Part shown: in pieces, positions 23,396 through 32,007 of the stretch | Layout of the letters: the number at the start of each line of letters is the position of its first letter | Numbering within the stretch: the first letter of the stretch is position 1 | Notes under the pieces: model-generated | Told to the model about the DNA's origin: nothing | The model's input: only the letters and a program-made list of their open reading frames with translations | The model's database searches: none | Translations under genes and position numbers: made by a program | Source of the DNA: Clostridia bacterium | Lineage (GTDB): Bacteria > Bacillota > Clostridia > Oscillospirales > CAG-272 | DNA length: 32,117 nucleotides | Direction: 5' to 3' | Assembly (NCBI GenBank): GCA_017386965.1 | Contig: JAFOGE010000173.1 | Span: forward strand, 1-32,117

Positions 23396-24208
23396 ATGCA
23401 TAACTGGATTCTGTCCTATCTTTCCGATCTTGCCGCCTGGGTTCTTCTGACGCTTGGCGTGATCCTGCTTTGCGGACTTACGGTGGAGCTTTGCGCTGCG
23501 GCCTTTTCGAGGCTGATCGGACGGGGAAGCGGCGCGGTCTTTGATCTGACGGCGGTGATCGGCACTCCCGTACACGAGCTGGGACACGCGATGATGTGTC
23601 CGCTCTTTGCGCATCGGATCGAGTGCGTCAAGCTCTGGTCGCCGAGGGCGAGAAACGGGATGTACGGCTTTGTGGAGCATCGCTACAACCGCCGCAACCT
23701 CTGGGCAAGGCTTGGCAATCTGTTCATCGGCATCGGCCCGATCCTGAGCGGACTCGGCGTTACGGTGCTTGCACTTTGGCTTTGCTTTCCCGCACAATGG
23801 AATGCGCATCTTTCCGCTTCGGTCTCCCTTTTAGGCACATCGCCTACCCCGACGGACCTGTTCCGTCAAAGCCTTTCCTTACTGGCGTCCCTTCCTTCCG
23901 CCTTTCGGGCCGACTGGCCGAGAAGCCTTGTGGGTCTTCTCGTGATCCTCTCGGTCTGCCTGCACATTCGGCTCAGCTGGCAGGACATCAAGGGCAGTGC
24001 GAGCGCGTTTTGGCTTTACCTCGCGCTTTGCGCGATCCTCTCGCCCCTGGCAAGGCTTCTCGGCCTGCAGAGCGCGATCCTTCACGCCCTGCGCCTGTGG
24101 AGTCTGCAGCTGCTCTCGCTCTTCGTCCTCATTCTGGCGTTCTCCCTGCTTTGGCTTGCGCTTGCCTTGCTTGTTTGTCTGTTCCGCGCCGTCAAACGCG
24201 CGTTTTGA
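23396..24208 (+). CDS. Polytopic membrane protein with HExxH motif (zincin-like, DUF3267-like)
   Basis: VHELGHAMM sits after the first TM helix. About 6 hydrophobic helices follow. AAGGAGAAGG RBS. Confidence 0.6.
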   Translation: MHNWILSYLSDLAAWVLLTLGVILLCGLTVELCAAAFSRLIGRGSGAVFDLTAVIGTPVHELGHAMMCPLFAHRIECVKLWSPRARNGMYGFVEHRYNRRNLWARLGNLFIGIGPILSGLGVTVLALWLCFPAQWNAHLSASVSLLGTSPTPTDLFRQSLSLLASLPSAFRADWPRSLVGLLVILSVCLHIRLSWQDIKGSASAFWLYLALCAILSPLARLLGLQSAILHALRLWSLQLLSLFVLILAFSLLWLALALLVCLFRAVKRAF

Positions 24209-24264
24209 TACAGAAATATTTCGCTTGACACTCAAAATTTTTACAGAAGAAAGGAATTCCACCC

Positions 24265-24972
24265 ATGAAACTGAGCAAGAATGAAGTCGTGATCAAGTCC
24301 TTTGACTACGCAAAGTCCGCACGCGGTGCGAACATCTCCAAAAATTCGCTGACCGTTACGAACAAGCGCATCGTTCACCAGACACGCTCCGCGTATTCGG
24401 TAACGCGCCAGGAGATCCCCGTAGGGGACGCGCGTTATCTCAACACCGCGTTCTCCCGCAAGCGCAATCCCGCCTACATGGTATTTGCGATCCTTTTCCT
24501 GGCACTCGGCATCGTCGGAACGCTGCTGCTTGCTTTCCTGCCCAAGATGGAGTGGGAGGGTACAGCCACACGTCCCACGCTCCTGCCGATCGCGGTCGGC
24601 GGCGCGCTGTTTTTGATCCTGATCCTCTTGTATGCCCTTGTGACCAAGAACGTTCTGGCGCTCTCCATTGGCGGCGACGTGCATAAGCAGGAGCTTCTCT
24701 CCTTCCTTTCCATCGGCAAGCTGCCCGTGGACAAGAGGGGACGCAAGAAGGAGGCAGCGATCTACGTTTACGTCAGCCGTAAGAAGGCAATGGAGCTGAT
24801 CAACGAGCTGGGTGCGATCCTTTTGGATCTGCAGGAGCCGGCCGTGACCGAAGAGAAAATCCTGCCGCAGACCTCCGAGGAGGAGCTCGTGGCCGAGGAA
24901 GCGGTTGAGGAAACGGTTGAGGAAGCGGCTGAGGAAGCCGTCGAGGAGCCTTCTGAGGAAGCGGAGGCATAA
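24265..24972 (+). CDS. Hypothetical membrane protein with acidic EEAV-type C-terminal repeats
   Basis: A soluble N-terminal domain (LTVTNKRIVHQ) is followed by two TM helices and the tail EEELVAEEAVEETVEEAAEEAVEEPSEEAEA, which is encoded by degenerate 12-nt periodicity at ~24895-24966. Confidence 0.6.
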   Translation: MKLSKNEVVIKSFDYAKSARGANISKNSLTVTNKRIVHQTRSAYSVTRQEIPVGDARYLNTAFSRKRNPAYMVFAILFLALGIVGTLLLAFLPKMEWEGTATRPTLLPIAVGGALFLILILLYALVTKNVLALSIGGDVHKQELLSFLSIGKLPVDKRGRKKEAAIYVYVSRKKAMELINELGAILLDLQEPAVTEEKILPQTSEEELVAEEAVEETVEEAAEEAVEEPSEEAEA

Positions 24973-24988
24973 GAATTTTCGGGAGCGT

Positions 24989-25037
24989 AGAAAGCGACGC
25001 CGCAAGGGCGTTGCTTTCTGCCCTCCTGTCTGTTTTT
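24989..25037 (+). terminator. Probable intrinsic terminator
   Basis: A 13-bp stem AGAAAGCGACGCC / GGCGTTGCTTTCT (one G-U pair, with an extra flanking G at 25006 that could extend the stem) has loop GCAA. The T6 run (25032-25037) lies 12 nt downstream, which is not ideal spacing. Confidence 0.45.
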
Positions 25038-25065
25038 TGATCTGTAAAAAAGAAAGGGAATGAAC

Positions 25066-26352
25066 ATGAGAAAGATCTGCGAATGGAAGAACGCTCTCCG
25101 CACAGGAGCGTTGGATGCAAGACTGCTCTCCCTGTACGGTGAGGAGTCCCTGGAAAAGCAACGCCGACGCTATACCGGGGCGCTGGAATCCTTTGCATCT
25201 CTTTACGGAGAGGAGCGCGCGGTCGCGTTCTATTCGGTGTCGGGACGGAGTGAGCTTTCGGGCAACCACACCGACCACAATCACGGATGCGTGATTGCCG
25301 CCTCGGTGGATTTGGACATCCTGGCGGTTGCCGCTCCCTCGGACACGGGCGTGATCCGCGTCAAGAGTGAGGGCTTTGATGAGGACGTTGTGGATCCCGC
25401 GGCGTTTTGCCTGCCGAGAAGCGAGCGCTTCGGCCGCTCGGATGCCCTGATCGCGGGGGTCTGCGCAGGCTTTGCAGGCGAGGGATACCGCGTAGGCGGC
25501 TTTGACGCATATACCACCTCAAGCGTTCCCGGAGGCTCGGGACTTTCCTCCTCTGCCGCCTTTGAGGATATGATCGGAACGCTGCTCAATCATCTTTACA
25601 ATGACGCGAGGATCTCCTACGTGGAGATCTCCAAGATCTCGCAGTATGCCGAGAACGTCTTTTTCGGAAAGCCCTGCGGACTGATGGATCAGGTCGCCTG
25701 CGCCGCCGGCGGCATCGTGGCCATTGATTTTGCCGATCCGAAGTCCCCCGTTGTAGAGAAGCTGGACTTTGATATGACCGAGCAGGGATACCACCTTTGC
25801 ATCGTCAACACGGGAGGCAACCACGCCGACCTGACCGACGATTACGCCGCCGTCCCTGCCGAGATGAAGGCGGTGGCATCCGCGCTGGGCGCTGCGGTTC
25901 TGCGTGAGGCAGACGAGGATGCGCTGATCGCCAAGATTCCCGCGCTTCGCGAAACGGTCGGCGACCGCGCCATCCTGCGCGCGCTCCATTTCTTTGGAGA
26001 GAACCGCCGCGTTGCCCTGCAAAGGGAGGCCCTGCGCCGCGGTGATCTGGACGCCTTTCTCGAGGGAGTCCTGGAATCGGGACGCTCCTCCTTCTGCTAT
26101 CTGCAAAACGTCTATACGACCAAGAATCTGACCGAGCAGGGACTTTCCCTGGCTCTCTGCCTTGCCGAGCGGACACTCAAGGATTGCCGTGCGGCCTGGC
26201 GTGTGCATGGAGGCGGATTTGCGGGAACGGTTCAGGCCTTCGTTCCGCGCAAGCGCGTTGCGCAATTCAAGGACGTCATGGATGCCGTCTTTGGAAAGGG
26301 ATCCTGCATGGCGCTTCGCATTCGTCCCGAGGGAGCGATCAAGGTTTTTTAA
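25066..26352 (+). CDS. Galactokinase-family GHMP sugar kinase
   Basis: Galactokinase-signature-like GRSELSGNHTDHNHG and GHMP ATP motif PGGSGLSSSAAFE. An alternative ATG lies at 25060. 25066 has the better spacing to the AAGGGA RBS. Confidence 0.8.
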   Translation: MRKICEWKNALRTGALDARLLSLYGEESLEKQRRRYTGALESFASLYGEERAVAFYSVSGRSELSGNHTDHNHGCVIAASVDLDILAVAAPSDTGVIRVKSEGFDEDVVDPAAFCLPRSERFGRSDALIAGVCAGFAGEGYRVGGFDAYTTSSVPGGSGLSSSAAFEDMIGTLLNHLYNDARISYVEISKISQYAENVFFGKPCGLMDQVACAAGGIVAIDFADPKSPVVEKLDFDMTEQGYHLCIVNTGGNHADLTDDYAAVPAEMKAVASALGAAVLREADEDALIAKIPALRETVGDRAILRALHFFGENRRVALQREALRRGDLDAFLEGVLESGRSSFCYLQNVYTTKNLTEQGLSLALCLAERTLKDCRAAWRVHGGGFAGTVQAFVPRKRVAQFKDVMDAVFGKGSCMALRIRPEGAIKVF

Positions 26353-26440
26353 AAGCAATCGAGAGGAGGTCGGCGCAAACGCGCTCCCGCAGGGAGCCTT
26401 TTGTCCGCGGCCTCCCCCAAGGAGGAAAGGAGGGGTGAAC

Positions 26441-26803
26441 ATGAAGCCCGAAAAGAAGAAGCTTGCGCTGCGGTTGCTTCTGCATACGGTCATTCTCGCG
26501 GTGATCTATTTCCTGTTGGCGGATCGGGGTCTGCCGATGCACATTCTGTATATCGGACTGGGCGCAGTCCTTGCGCTGGTCTATGTCATCTACAATCGCG
26601 GACTGGCGTGGAAGAATGCCACGGAGGAGATGCTTCCGTCCAATATGACGCAGGAGGAAAAGCGCGCCTTTTTGCAGGCGCACCGTGACCGTCTGCTTCG
26701 TTCGGAGTGGATGCTGACGCTGATCTTTCCCATCGTCGTCACCCTCATCCTGGATTACGCCTATCTGTTCCTTCTGCCCTATCTGGAGAATCTGGTCGGA
26801 TGA
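26441..26803 (+). CDS. Small hypothetical membrane protein (about 3 TM helices)
   Basis: MKPEKKKLALRLLLHTVILAVIYFLL starts after a GGAGGAAAGGAGGGG RBS. Its stop overlaps the next start (ATGA at 26800-26803). Confidence 0.6.
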   Translation: MKPEKKKLALRLLLHTVILAVIYFLLADRGLPMHILYIGLGAVLALVYVIYNRGLAWKNATEEMLPSNMTQEEKRAFLQAHRDRLLRSEWMLTLIFPIVVTLILDYAYLFLLPYLENLVG

Positions 26804-27591
26804 GCAACGTGCGTATTGTGTCCCTGTATTCCGGATCGAGCGGAAATGCCTTCGTGATCAGCACGCCGAGCGGGGCGATCCTGATCGACGCGGGGAAAAA
26901 TGCCAAGCGTCTTTGCGCAGCCTTGCGCGAGGCGGGGATCGAGGAGAGCAGCATTCGGGCGATCCTCCTGACGCACGAGCATACCGACCATGTCAGTGCG
27001 CTCGCGGTTTGGATCAAGAAGCACCCCATCCCCGTTTATCTGCCCACGGCCTGCCTGCCGCGCTTGGAGTGTGAGCCAACCGTCGCCCCTTATCTTCGCC
27101 CGCATCCGCCCATCTGGACGGAGCAGATCTGCGGAGTGACCGTGACCTCCTTCCCGACACCGCACGATAGCCGCGGATCGGTGGGCTATCGCATCGAGAT
27201 CCCACAGGAGGGCCGGCCCCTCTGCATCGGCTACGCGACCGACCTTGGCTACGTTACGCCCGAGGTCGAGGCGGCACTTACGGGATGCCGCGCGGTCGTA
27301 TTAGAGAGCAATCACGATCCGGAGATGCTGCAGTACGGACCCTATCCGCAGGATCTTAAGCGGCGTATTGCGTCCCGCAGGGGACATCTCTCCAACGGGG
27401 AGAGTGCGCTTCTGGCGGCGCGGCTTTGTGCGAGTGGCACGAGGGGAATCCTTCTGGCGCATCTGAGCCGCGAGAACAACACGCCCGAGCTTGCCTTTGA
27501 CGAGTGCTTCGGCGCCGTTGGCGACGCAGACGTGCGCATCCGCGTGGCAGACCCCGAGGCGATCACCGAGCTTGATTGGGAGGAAGCGTAA
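26800..27591 (+). CDS. MBL-fold metallo-hydrolase (YycJ/WalJ-like)
   Basis: HxHxDH motif is seen as LTHEHTDHVSA. N-terminal LYSGSSGNAFVI. C-terminal HLSRENN. Confidence 0.8.
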   Translation: MSNVRIVSLYSGSSGNAFVISTPSGAILIDAGKNAKRLCAALREAGIEESSIRAILLTHEHTDHVSALAVWIKKHPIPVYLPTACLPRLECEPTVAPYLRPHPPIWTEQICGVTVTSFPTPHDSRGSVGYRIEIPQEGRPLCIGYATDLGYVTPEVEAALTGCRAVVLESNHDPEMLQYGPYPQDLKRRIASRRGHLSNGESALLAARLCASGTRGILLAHLSRENNTPELAFDECFGAVGDADVRIRVADPEAITELDWEEA

Positions 27592-28071
27592 ATGATACAG
27601 GTAACCGTTATTACCGTCGGGGGACTGAAGGAGTCCTACTGGCGTGACGCCGTTGCGGAATACGAAAAACGGCTTTCTGCCTTCTGCAAGCCGACAATCC
27701 TCCAGCTGAAGGAGGCAAGGCTTCCGGAGGACCCCTCCCAGGGGGAGGTGCGCGCCGCGCTTGCTGAGGAGGGCAAGCGGATCCTCGCCGCCATTCCGCC
27801 AAGGGCCTATTGTATTGCTCTTTGCGTGGAGGGAAAGCAGCTTTCCTCCGAGGCGCTCGCGGCAAGGCTTGGGCAGGTGCTTGCCGAAAACGGGCAGCTC
27901 TGCCTCATCATCGGCTCCTCACACGGGCTTGCCGAGGAGGTCAAGGCGGCCTGTCGGATGCGCCTGTCGGTGTCCGAATTGACCTTTCCGCATCAGATGA
28001 TGCGCGTCCTGCTCCTGGAGGTGCTTTACCGGTGCTTTTCCATCCTGAAGGGGACGAAATATCACAAATAG
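27592..28071 (+). CDS. rlmH: 23S rRNA (pseudouridine1915-N3)-methyltransferase
   Basis: 159-aa SPOUT protein with KESYWRDAVAEYEKRL, LIIGSSHGL, and LSELTFPHQMMRVLLLEVLYRCF. Its ATG abuts the upstream TAA. Confidence 0.9.
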   Translation: MIQVTVITVGGLKESYWRDAVAEYEKRLSAFCKPTILQLKEARLPEDPSQGEVRAALAEEGKRILAAIPPRAYCIALCVEGKQLSSEALAARLGQVLAENGQLCLIIGSSHGLAEEVKAACRMRLSVSELTFPHQMMRVLLLEVLYRCFSILKGTKYHK

Positions 28072-28102
28072 TACGGGAATTTGAAAAAAATACAAAAAGC
28101 CC

Positions 28103-28132
28103 TTGCAAGGGGCGTTGAATCTGTGCTATAAT
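28103..28132 (+). promoter_or_regulatory. Candidate promoter for prfB
   Basis: TTGCAA - 18 nt - TGcTATAAT (extended -10), about 50 nt upstream of the start codon. Confidence 0.5.
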
Positions 28133-28182
28133 AAAGAGAAAGACAGCTTATCAGAACGCCCGAGAGGGCGAGGAGGTACCAT

Positions 28183-29292
28183 TTGATCGTTGCATTAGAA
28201 GACGCAAAGTATAAATTGGTCGGCTTGCGCGCGGACATCAAGGAGCTTGGAAACGCGCTGCGGATCGAGGAAACCAAGGAGAGCCTGAAGGATCTGGAGG
28301 CGCAAACGCAGGCCCCCGATTTCTGGAACAACGCCGAAAAATCCAGCAAGGTGCTGCAGGTCGTCAAGCAGGGCCGGGACAAGGTAGAGGGCTACGAGCG
28401 CCTTTGCGCACGTCTGGAGGATGCCATCGCACTTGCGGAGATGGCGATCGAGGAGAATGACGAATCCTTCGTGGAGGAGGTTGAGAGCGAGCTTGCCGCC
28501 ATCCTGGAGGAGGAGGAGCATCGCCGCATCGAGGTTCTGCTCTCCGGAGAATACGATAAGAACAACGCCATTGTGTCCTTCCATCCCGGTGCGGGTGGAA
28601 CCGAGGCGCAGGATTGGGCGCAGATGCTTTACCGCATGATCACGCGCTGGGCGGAGAAGAGCGGCTTTCAGGTCAAGCTCACCGACTGGCTCGACGGCGA
28701 CGGTGCCGGCATCAAGAGTGCTACGGTCATGGTTAACGGACTGAACGCCTACGGCTATCTCAAGAGTGAGAACGGCGTACACCGCTTGGTGCGCGTATCT
28801 CCCTTCGATGCCAACGGACGTCGGCAGACCTCCTTTGCATCCATCGAGGTCATGCCCGAATTCGAGGACGTGGATGCAGTCGTTCTGCGTGACGAGGATC
28901 TGGAGATCACGGCGCATCGCTCCAGCGGCGCGGGCGGTCAGCACATCAACAAGACCGACTCGGCGATCCGCATCGTCCATAAGCCCACGGGCATTGTGGT
29001 GGGATGCCAGACCGAGCGCTCCCAGCTGCAAAACAAGGAAACCGCAATGCGGATGCTCAAATCCAAGCTGATGGAGATCAAGCTCCAGGAGCGTCTGGAT
29101 ACCATCGAGGATATTCAGGGCAACAAGACCAACATCGAGTGGGGCGCACAGATCCGTTCCTACGTATTTATGCCGTACACGTTGGTGAAGGATACGCGGA
29201 CGGGCTTTGAAACGGGAAACATTCAGGCAGTTATGGACGGTGACATTGACGGATTTATCAATGCCTACCTCAAAATGACTTCCGCAAAATAA
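28183..29292 (+). CDS. prfB: Peptide chain release factor 2
   Basis: SPF tripeptide (VSPFDANGRRQTSF) and GGQ motif (SGAGGQHINKTDSAIRI). Full length lies in one frame. TTG start 6 nt after AGGAGG. Confidence 0.9.
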   Translation: MIVALEDAKYKLVGLRADIKELGNALRIEETKESLKDLEAQTQAPDFWNNAEKSSKVLQVVKQGRDKVEGYERLCARLEDAIALAEMAIEENDESFVEEVESELAAILEEEEHRRIEVLLSGEYDKNNAIVSFHPGAGGTEAQDWAQMLYRMITRWAEKSGFQVKLTDWLDGDGAGIKSATVMVNGLNAYGYLKSENGVHRLVRVSPFDANGRRQTSFASIEVMPEFEDVDAVVLRDEDLEITAHRSSGAGGQHINKTDSAIRIVHKPTGIVVGCQTERSQLQNKETAMRMLKSKLMEIKLQERLDTIEDIQGNKTNIEWGAQIRSYVFMPYTLVKDTRTGFETGNIQAVMDGDIDGFINAYLKMTSAK

Positions 29293-29322
29293 AGCAAAGC
29301 AAAAACGATCCGGAGGTTTATC

Positions 29323-29685
29323 ATGGAAAAGGAAACGATGTTTTACAGAATTACCGGAGCGGCCTTGACCGCCGTTTCGATCGCACTGGTGACGGATTAT
29401 ACCATCCGTGCCCGCAAGAAGACGGGCGCCAGTGTTGTCAGTCTGCTGGCAGGGATCGCAGGTCTTGTGGCAGGAGCCGCGATTGCATCCAAGCCCGAGC
29501 GCGACGCGATTCGCCGCCTCAAGGTGGAGAACATGATTGAGGAGGACGATGCCGAGCTGATGGATCAGAACATTTCCGAGGTGCTGGGGCTTGCCGCAGA
29601 CCGCGGAACGCCGGAGCGCGATCATCTGCATAAGATCGAGCTGGATGAGGAAACCTCCATCGAGGATTTCATCTTCGACGCATAA
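29323..29685 (+). CDS. Small hypothetical membrane protein
   Basis: Two predicted TM helices (ITGAALTAVSIALV, VVSLLAGIAGLVAGAAIA) and an acidic C-terminus. GGAGG RBS. Starts 30 nt after prfB. Confidence 0.55.
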   Translation: MEKETMFYRITGAALTAVSIALVTDYTIRARKKTGASVVSLLAGIAGLVAGAAIASKPERDAIRRLKVENMIEEDDAELMDQNISEVLGLAADRGTPERDHLHKIELDEETSIEDFIFDA

Positions 29686-29707
29686 GAAACGGTCAAAAAA
29701 GGAATCG

Positions 29708-29770
29708 AAAAAGAGAGTTGCTCACATCCTCCCGAGGGAAGGAACGAGCGGCTCTCTCTTTCTATTTTTG
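29708..29770. terminator. Bidirectional terminator between convergent genes
   Basis: AAAGAGAGTTGCTC ... GAGCGGCTCTCTCTTT imperfect long stem with an inner CCTCCC-GAG-GGAAGG hairpin. An A-run lies to the left and CTATTTTT to the right. Confidence 0.55.
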
Positions 29771-29799
29771 AGGCTTATACGGGGCGCGTGCCTTCTTCT

Positions 29800-31428
29800 T
29801 CACGCGGGGGGGGGGGGGGTGCCCTCGTATCCCTGTCCGTCCCCTTTGGGAGCGGACTCCAGCTGCTCTCCAATCGCCCGTACGGCGTGGGAGAGATTGC
29901 GACGGATGGGCGCTGTGGAATGCAGATGGTTGCGCTTCTTCATACGCGCGGCTTGCTTACGGATATAGGCGCGGATCTCCTGCTTGCGCTCGGCCGAGGT
30001 CGAGGCATCGGTCAGCTCGGAGAAGAGAAGCGCAAGCTTCAATTCGCCGTGCAGGATGATCTGGGTATCCTTCGGAACCTCCCAGCGCTCCCGCCGATGG
30101 TGGAAGAGCAGGCTGGCATCGGGCACGACCAAGAGCCCCAGGCTCTCACAGCAGGCAAACACCGAGCGGCCGATGGAGGTGTGGCAGTCGGGGAGCAGAA
30201 CGGTGTGCAGGGAGGAGCAGCCCTCAAAGGCACGGTCGTCAATGCGCTTTAGGGTTGTGGGTAGGCTAACCGTTTGCAGCTTTTTGCAATCCGCAAAGGA
30301 GCATTCGCCAAGCTCCCCGAGATTCTTCGGGATGTGGACGGATGTGAGCGAAATGCAACGGCTGATCGCACGGTCGCTGATCTTTTCGATGGTATCGGGG
30401 AGGGAGAGTGCGGCAAGGGAGAAGCAACCGAGCAGGGCTTCCTCATCCAGCACGCGGATCTGTGCGTCCAGGGTGATCTGCTGCAATCCGGAGCAGAAGG
30501 CCAGGGCACGGCGTCCAAGCTCCGTGACGGCGGTCGGGATGCGGATCTGCTCCAAGGCCGAGCAGCCGAGAAATGCAGCGTCACCGATGTGGGTCACGGT
30601 GTCGGGCAGGTCGATTCCTTGCAGGTGCGCACATCCGCAGAAGGCGTTGCCGCCGACGTGAGTGATGCTCCCTGCGATTTCGACCGATTGCAGCTTCAAG
30701 CAATCCGCAAAGGTGTAGTCCGCGATAAAACGCACGTTGGGCGGAATGCGAATCGAGGTCAGCTCACGGCAGCTGCAAAAGGCACCGGTGCCGATGTAGC
30801 CCACGGTGTCGGGCAGATCTGCCTTGGCAAGGTGGGGGCAGGTGGAAAAGGCGTAGCGGCCAATGGTAGTCAGACTTTCCGGGAAGACGACCTTTCGCAA
30901 CGCCGTACAGTTGATGAAGGCACCGTTGCCGATGATCTCCAGCGTGTGCGGAAGTGTGATCTCCTCCAGTGCCGAGCAGTTTGCAAAGGCGTATTCTCCC
31001 ATATGCCCGAGGGAGGCAGGAAGAACGAGGTGATGGAGGGCGGAGCATCCGCGGAAGGCCTTGTTGCCGATCGTATGCAGGGTGCCGGGAAGAATGACGG
31101 ATTTGAGTGACGTGCATTTGCGGAAGGCACTCTCGTCGATGTAGCGCAGTCCGGCGACGAACACGACAACGGAAAGGCTTGTGCAGTCACGGAAGGCACT
31201 GTTGTGGATCGAGGACACGGTCTTGCTCAAAACCAGCTTTTCGAGGCGTCGGTTGCCGCGAAAGGCGTCGCGCGAGATCGTGGTAACGCTTTCGGGGATC
31301 ACGACCTCGGTTGCCTTGCCGTAGTAGCGGACCAGCACGCCGTTTCGGATCTCACAGGATTTGAGAAATTCCGCCTGCGCCGCGTCTTTTTGCGGTTTCG
31401 GGGCGCGGGTACGGAGGGTCTTGTTCAT
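29800..31428 (-). CDS. BspA-like leucine-rich-repeat (LRR_5-type) protein, no recognisable signal peptide
   Basis: About 17 tandem 23-aa units of the form L-x-x-I-x-I/L-P-x-S/T-V/L-x-x-I-G-x-x-A-F-x-x-C-x-x-L, for example VILPGTLHTIGNKAFRGCSAL and ITLPHTLEIIGNGAFINCTAL. The N-terminus MNKTLRTRAPKPQKDAAQ is hydrophilic. Confidence 0.85.
   Translation of the reverse strand: MNKTLRTRAPKPQKDAAQAEFLKSCEIRNGVLVRYYGKATEVVIPESVTTISRDAFRGNRRLEKLVLSKTVSSIHNSAFRDCTSLSVVVFVAGLRYIDESAFRKCTSLKSVILPGTLHTIGNKAFRGCSALHHLVLPASLGHMGEYAFANCSALEEITLPHTLEIIGNGAFINCTALRKVVFPESLTTIGRYAFSTCPHLAKADLPDTVGYIGTGAFCSCRELTSIRIPPNVRFIADYTFADCLKLQSVEIAGSITHVGGNAFCGCAHLQGIDLPDTVTHIGDAAFLGCSALEQIRIPTAVTELGRRALAFCSGLQQITLDAQIRVLDEEALLGCFSLAALSLPDTIEKISDRAISRCISLTSVHIPKNLGELGECSFADCKKLQTVSLPTTLKRIDDRAFEGCSSLHTVLLPDCHTSIGRSVFACCESLGLLVVPDASLLFHHRRERWEVPKDTQIILHGELKLALLFSELTDASTSAERKQEIRAYIRKQAARMKKRNHLHSTAPIRRNLSHAVRAIGEQLESAPKGDGQGYEGTPPPPA
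29806..29819. repeat. Homopolymeric G14 tract (C14 on the coding strand of the LRR gene)
   Basis: Counted directly: g at 29806-29819. It encodes the terminal PPPP of the LRR protein and ends 3 nt (one Ala codon) before its TGA. Confidence 0.95.
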
Positions 31429-31452
31429 GGATTTTTATCCTTTCTTTCGGGA

Positions 31453-31884
31453 TCAGGAGTCGATGCCCATTTGCTTCATCAGCTGCTTATTGAACTCTTC
31501 TGCGGTGTTGTAGCCCATGCGCTTTTGGCGGTTGTTCATGGCGGCAATCTCCAGAATGATGGCCAGGTTTCGTCCGGGACGGACGGGGACGGTAATGGAC
31601 GGGACGTCGATGCCGAGGATGTTGATGCTTTCCTCCTCCATGCCGAGGCGGTCGTACATCTTTCCCTCCACCCAGTTCTCCACACGGACATTCAGTCCAG
31701 TCTTTACCATATCATCATTCGTCATGGCAATTCTTGCCCAGGCTTCGTCATTTTCTGTCGTTAAATCAATGCTAAACGCATGTTTATGTGTTTCTTCTTC
31801 AGAAGCCATTGCTGTCATACTTGCTGTCAGTGCAAACGCCATCACTGCCGCAGCATAAGTCATCAATCGTTTCTTATTCAACAT
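31453..31884 (-). CDS. Small exported hypothetical protein
   Basis: Start taken at MLNKKRLMTYAAAVMAFALTASMTAMA (signal peptide), with GGAGG 10 nt upstream. C-terminal motif PGRNLAIILEIAAMNNRQKRMGYNTAEEF, which I cannot assign to a family. Ends 24 nt upstream of the LRR gene. Confidence 0.6.
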   Translation of the reverse strand: MLNKKRLMTYAAAVMAFALTASMTAMASEEETHKHAFSIDLTTENDEAWARIAMTNDDMVKTGLNVRVENWVEGKMYDRLGMEEESINILGIDVPSITVPVRPGRNLAIILEIAAMNNRQKRMGYNTAEEFNKQLMKQMGIDS

Positions 31885-31978
31885 ATAATAATTACCTCCC
31901 CTGTGCAAATATTACTCCCCTAACATTCGCACCTTTTCGATTAAATATTACAAATTTATTACATCGTGTTACAAAGTT

Positions 31979-32007
31979 ATTCTATGCCATAAGTGTATAT
32001 TTGTCAA
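31979..32007 (-). promoter_or_regulatory. Sigma-70-type promoter for the small-protein/LRR operon
   Basis: Minus strand reads TTGACA (32002-32007) - 17 nt - TAGAAT (31979-31984), in an AT-rich spacer. Confidence 0.55.

Noticed and set aside
26383-26403. A small hairpin GCTCCC-GCA-GGGAGC followed by CTTTTG, downstream of the kinase gene.
   Set aside because: With a 6-bp stem and a 3-nt loop it is too weak to call a terminator with confidence. The next gene starts 38 nt later and may be co-transcribed.
28183-28300. The programmed +1 frameshift site normally found early in prfB.
   Set aside because: There is no CTT TGA C-type site or in-frame TGA near codon 25. The alignment position (…ELGNAL|RIEETKE…) is read through in a single frame, and the protein is full length (369 aa) with SPF and GGQ motifs. 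A minority of bacteria lack the frameshift, so this is unremarkable. The TTG start is supported by AGGAGG at 6 nt.
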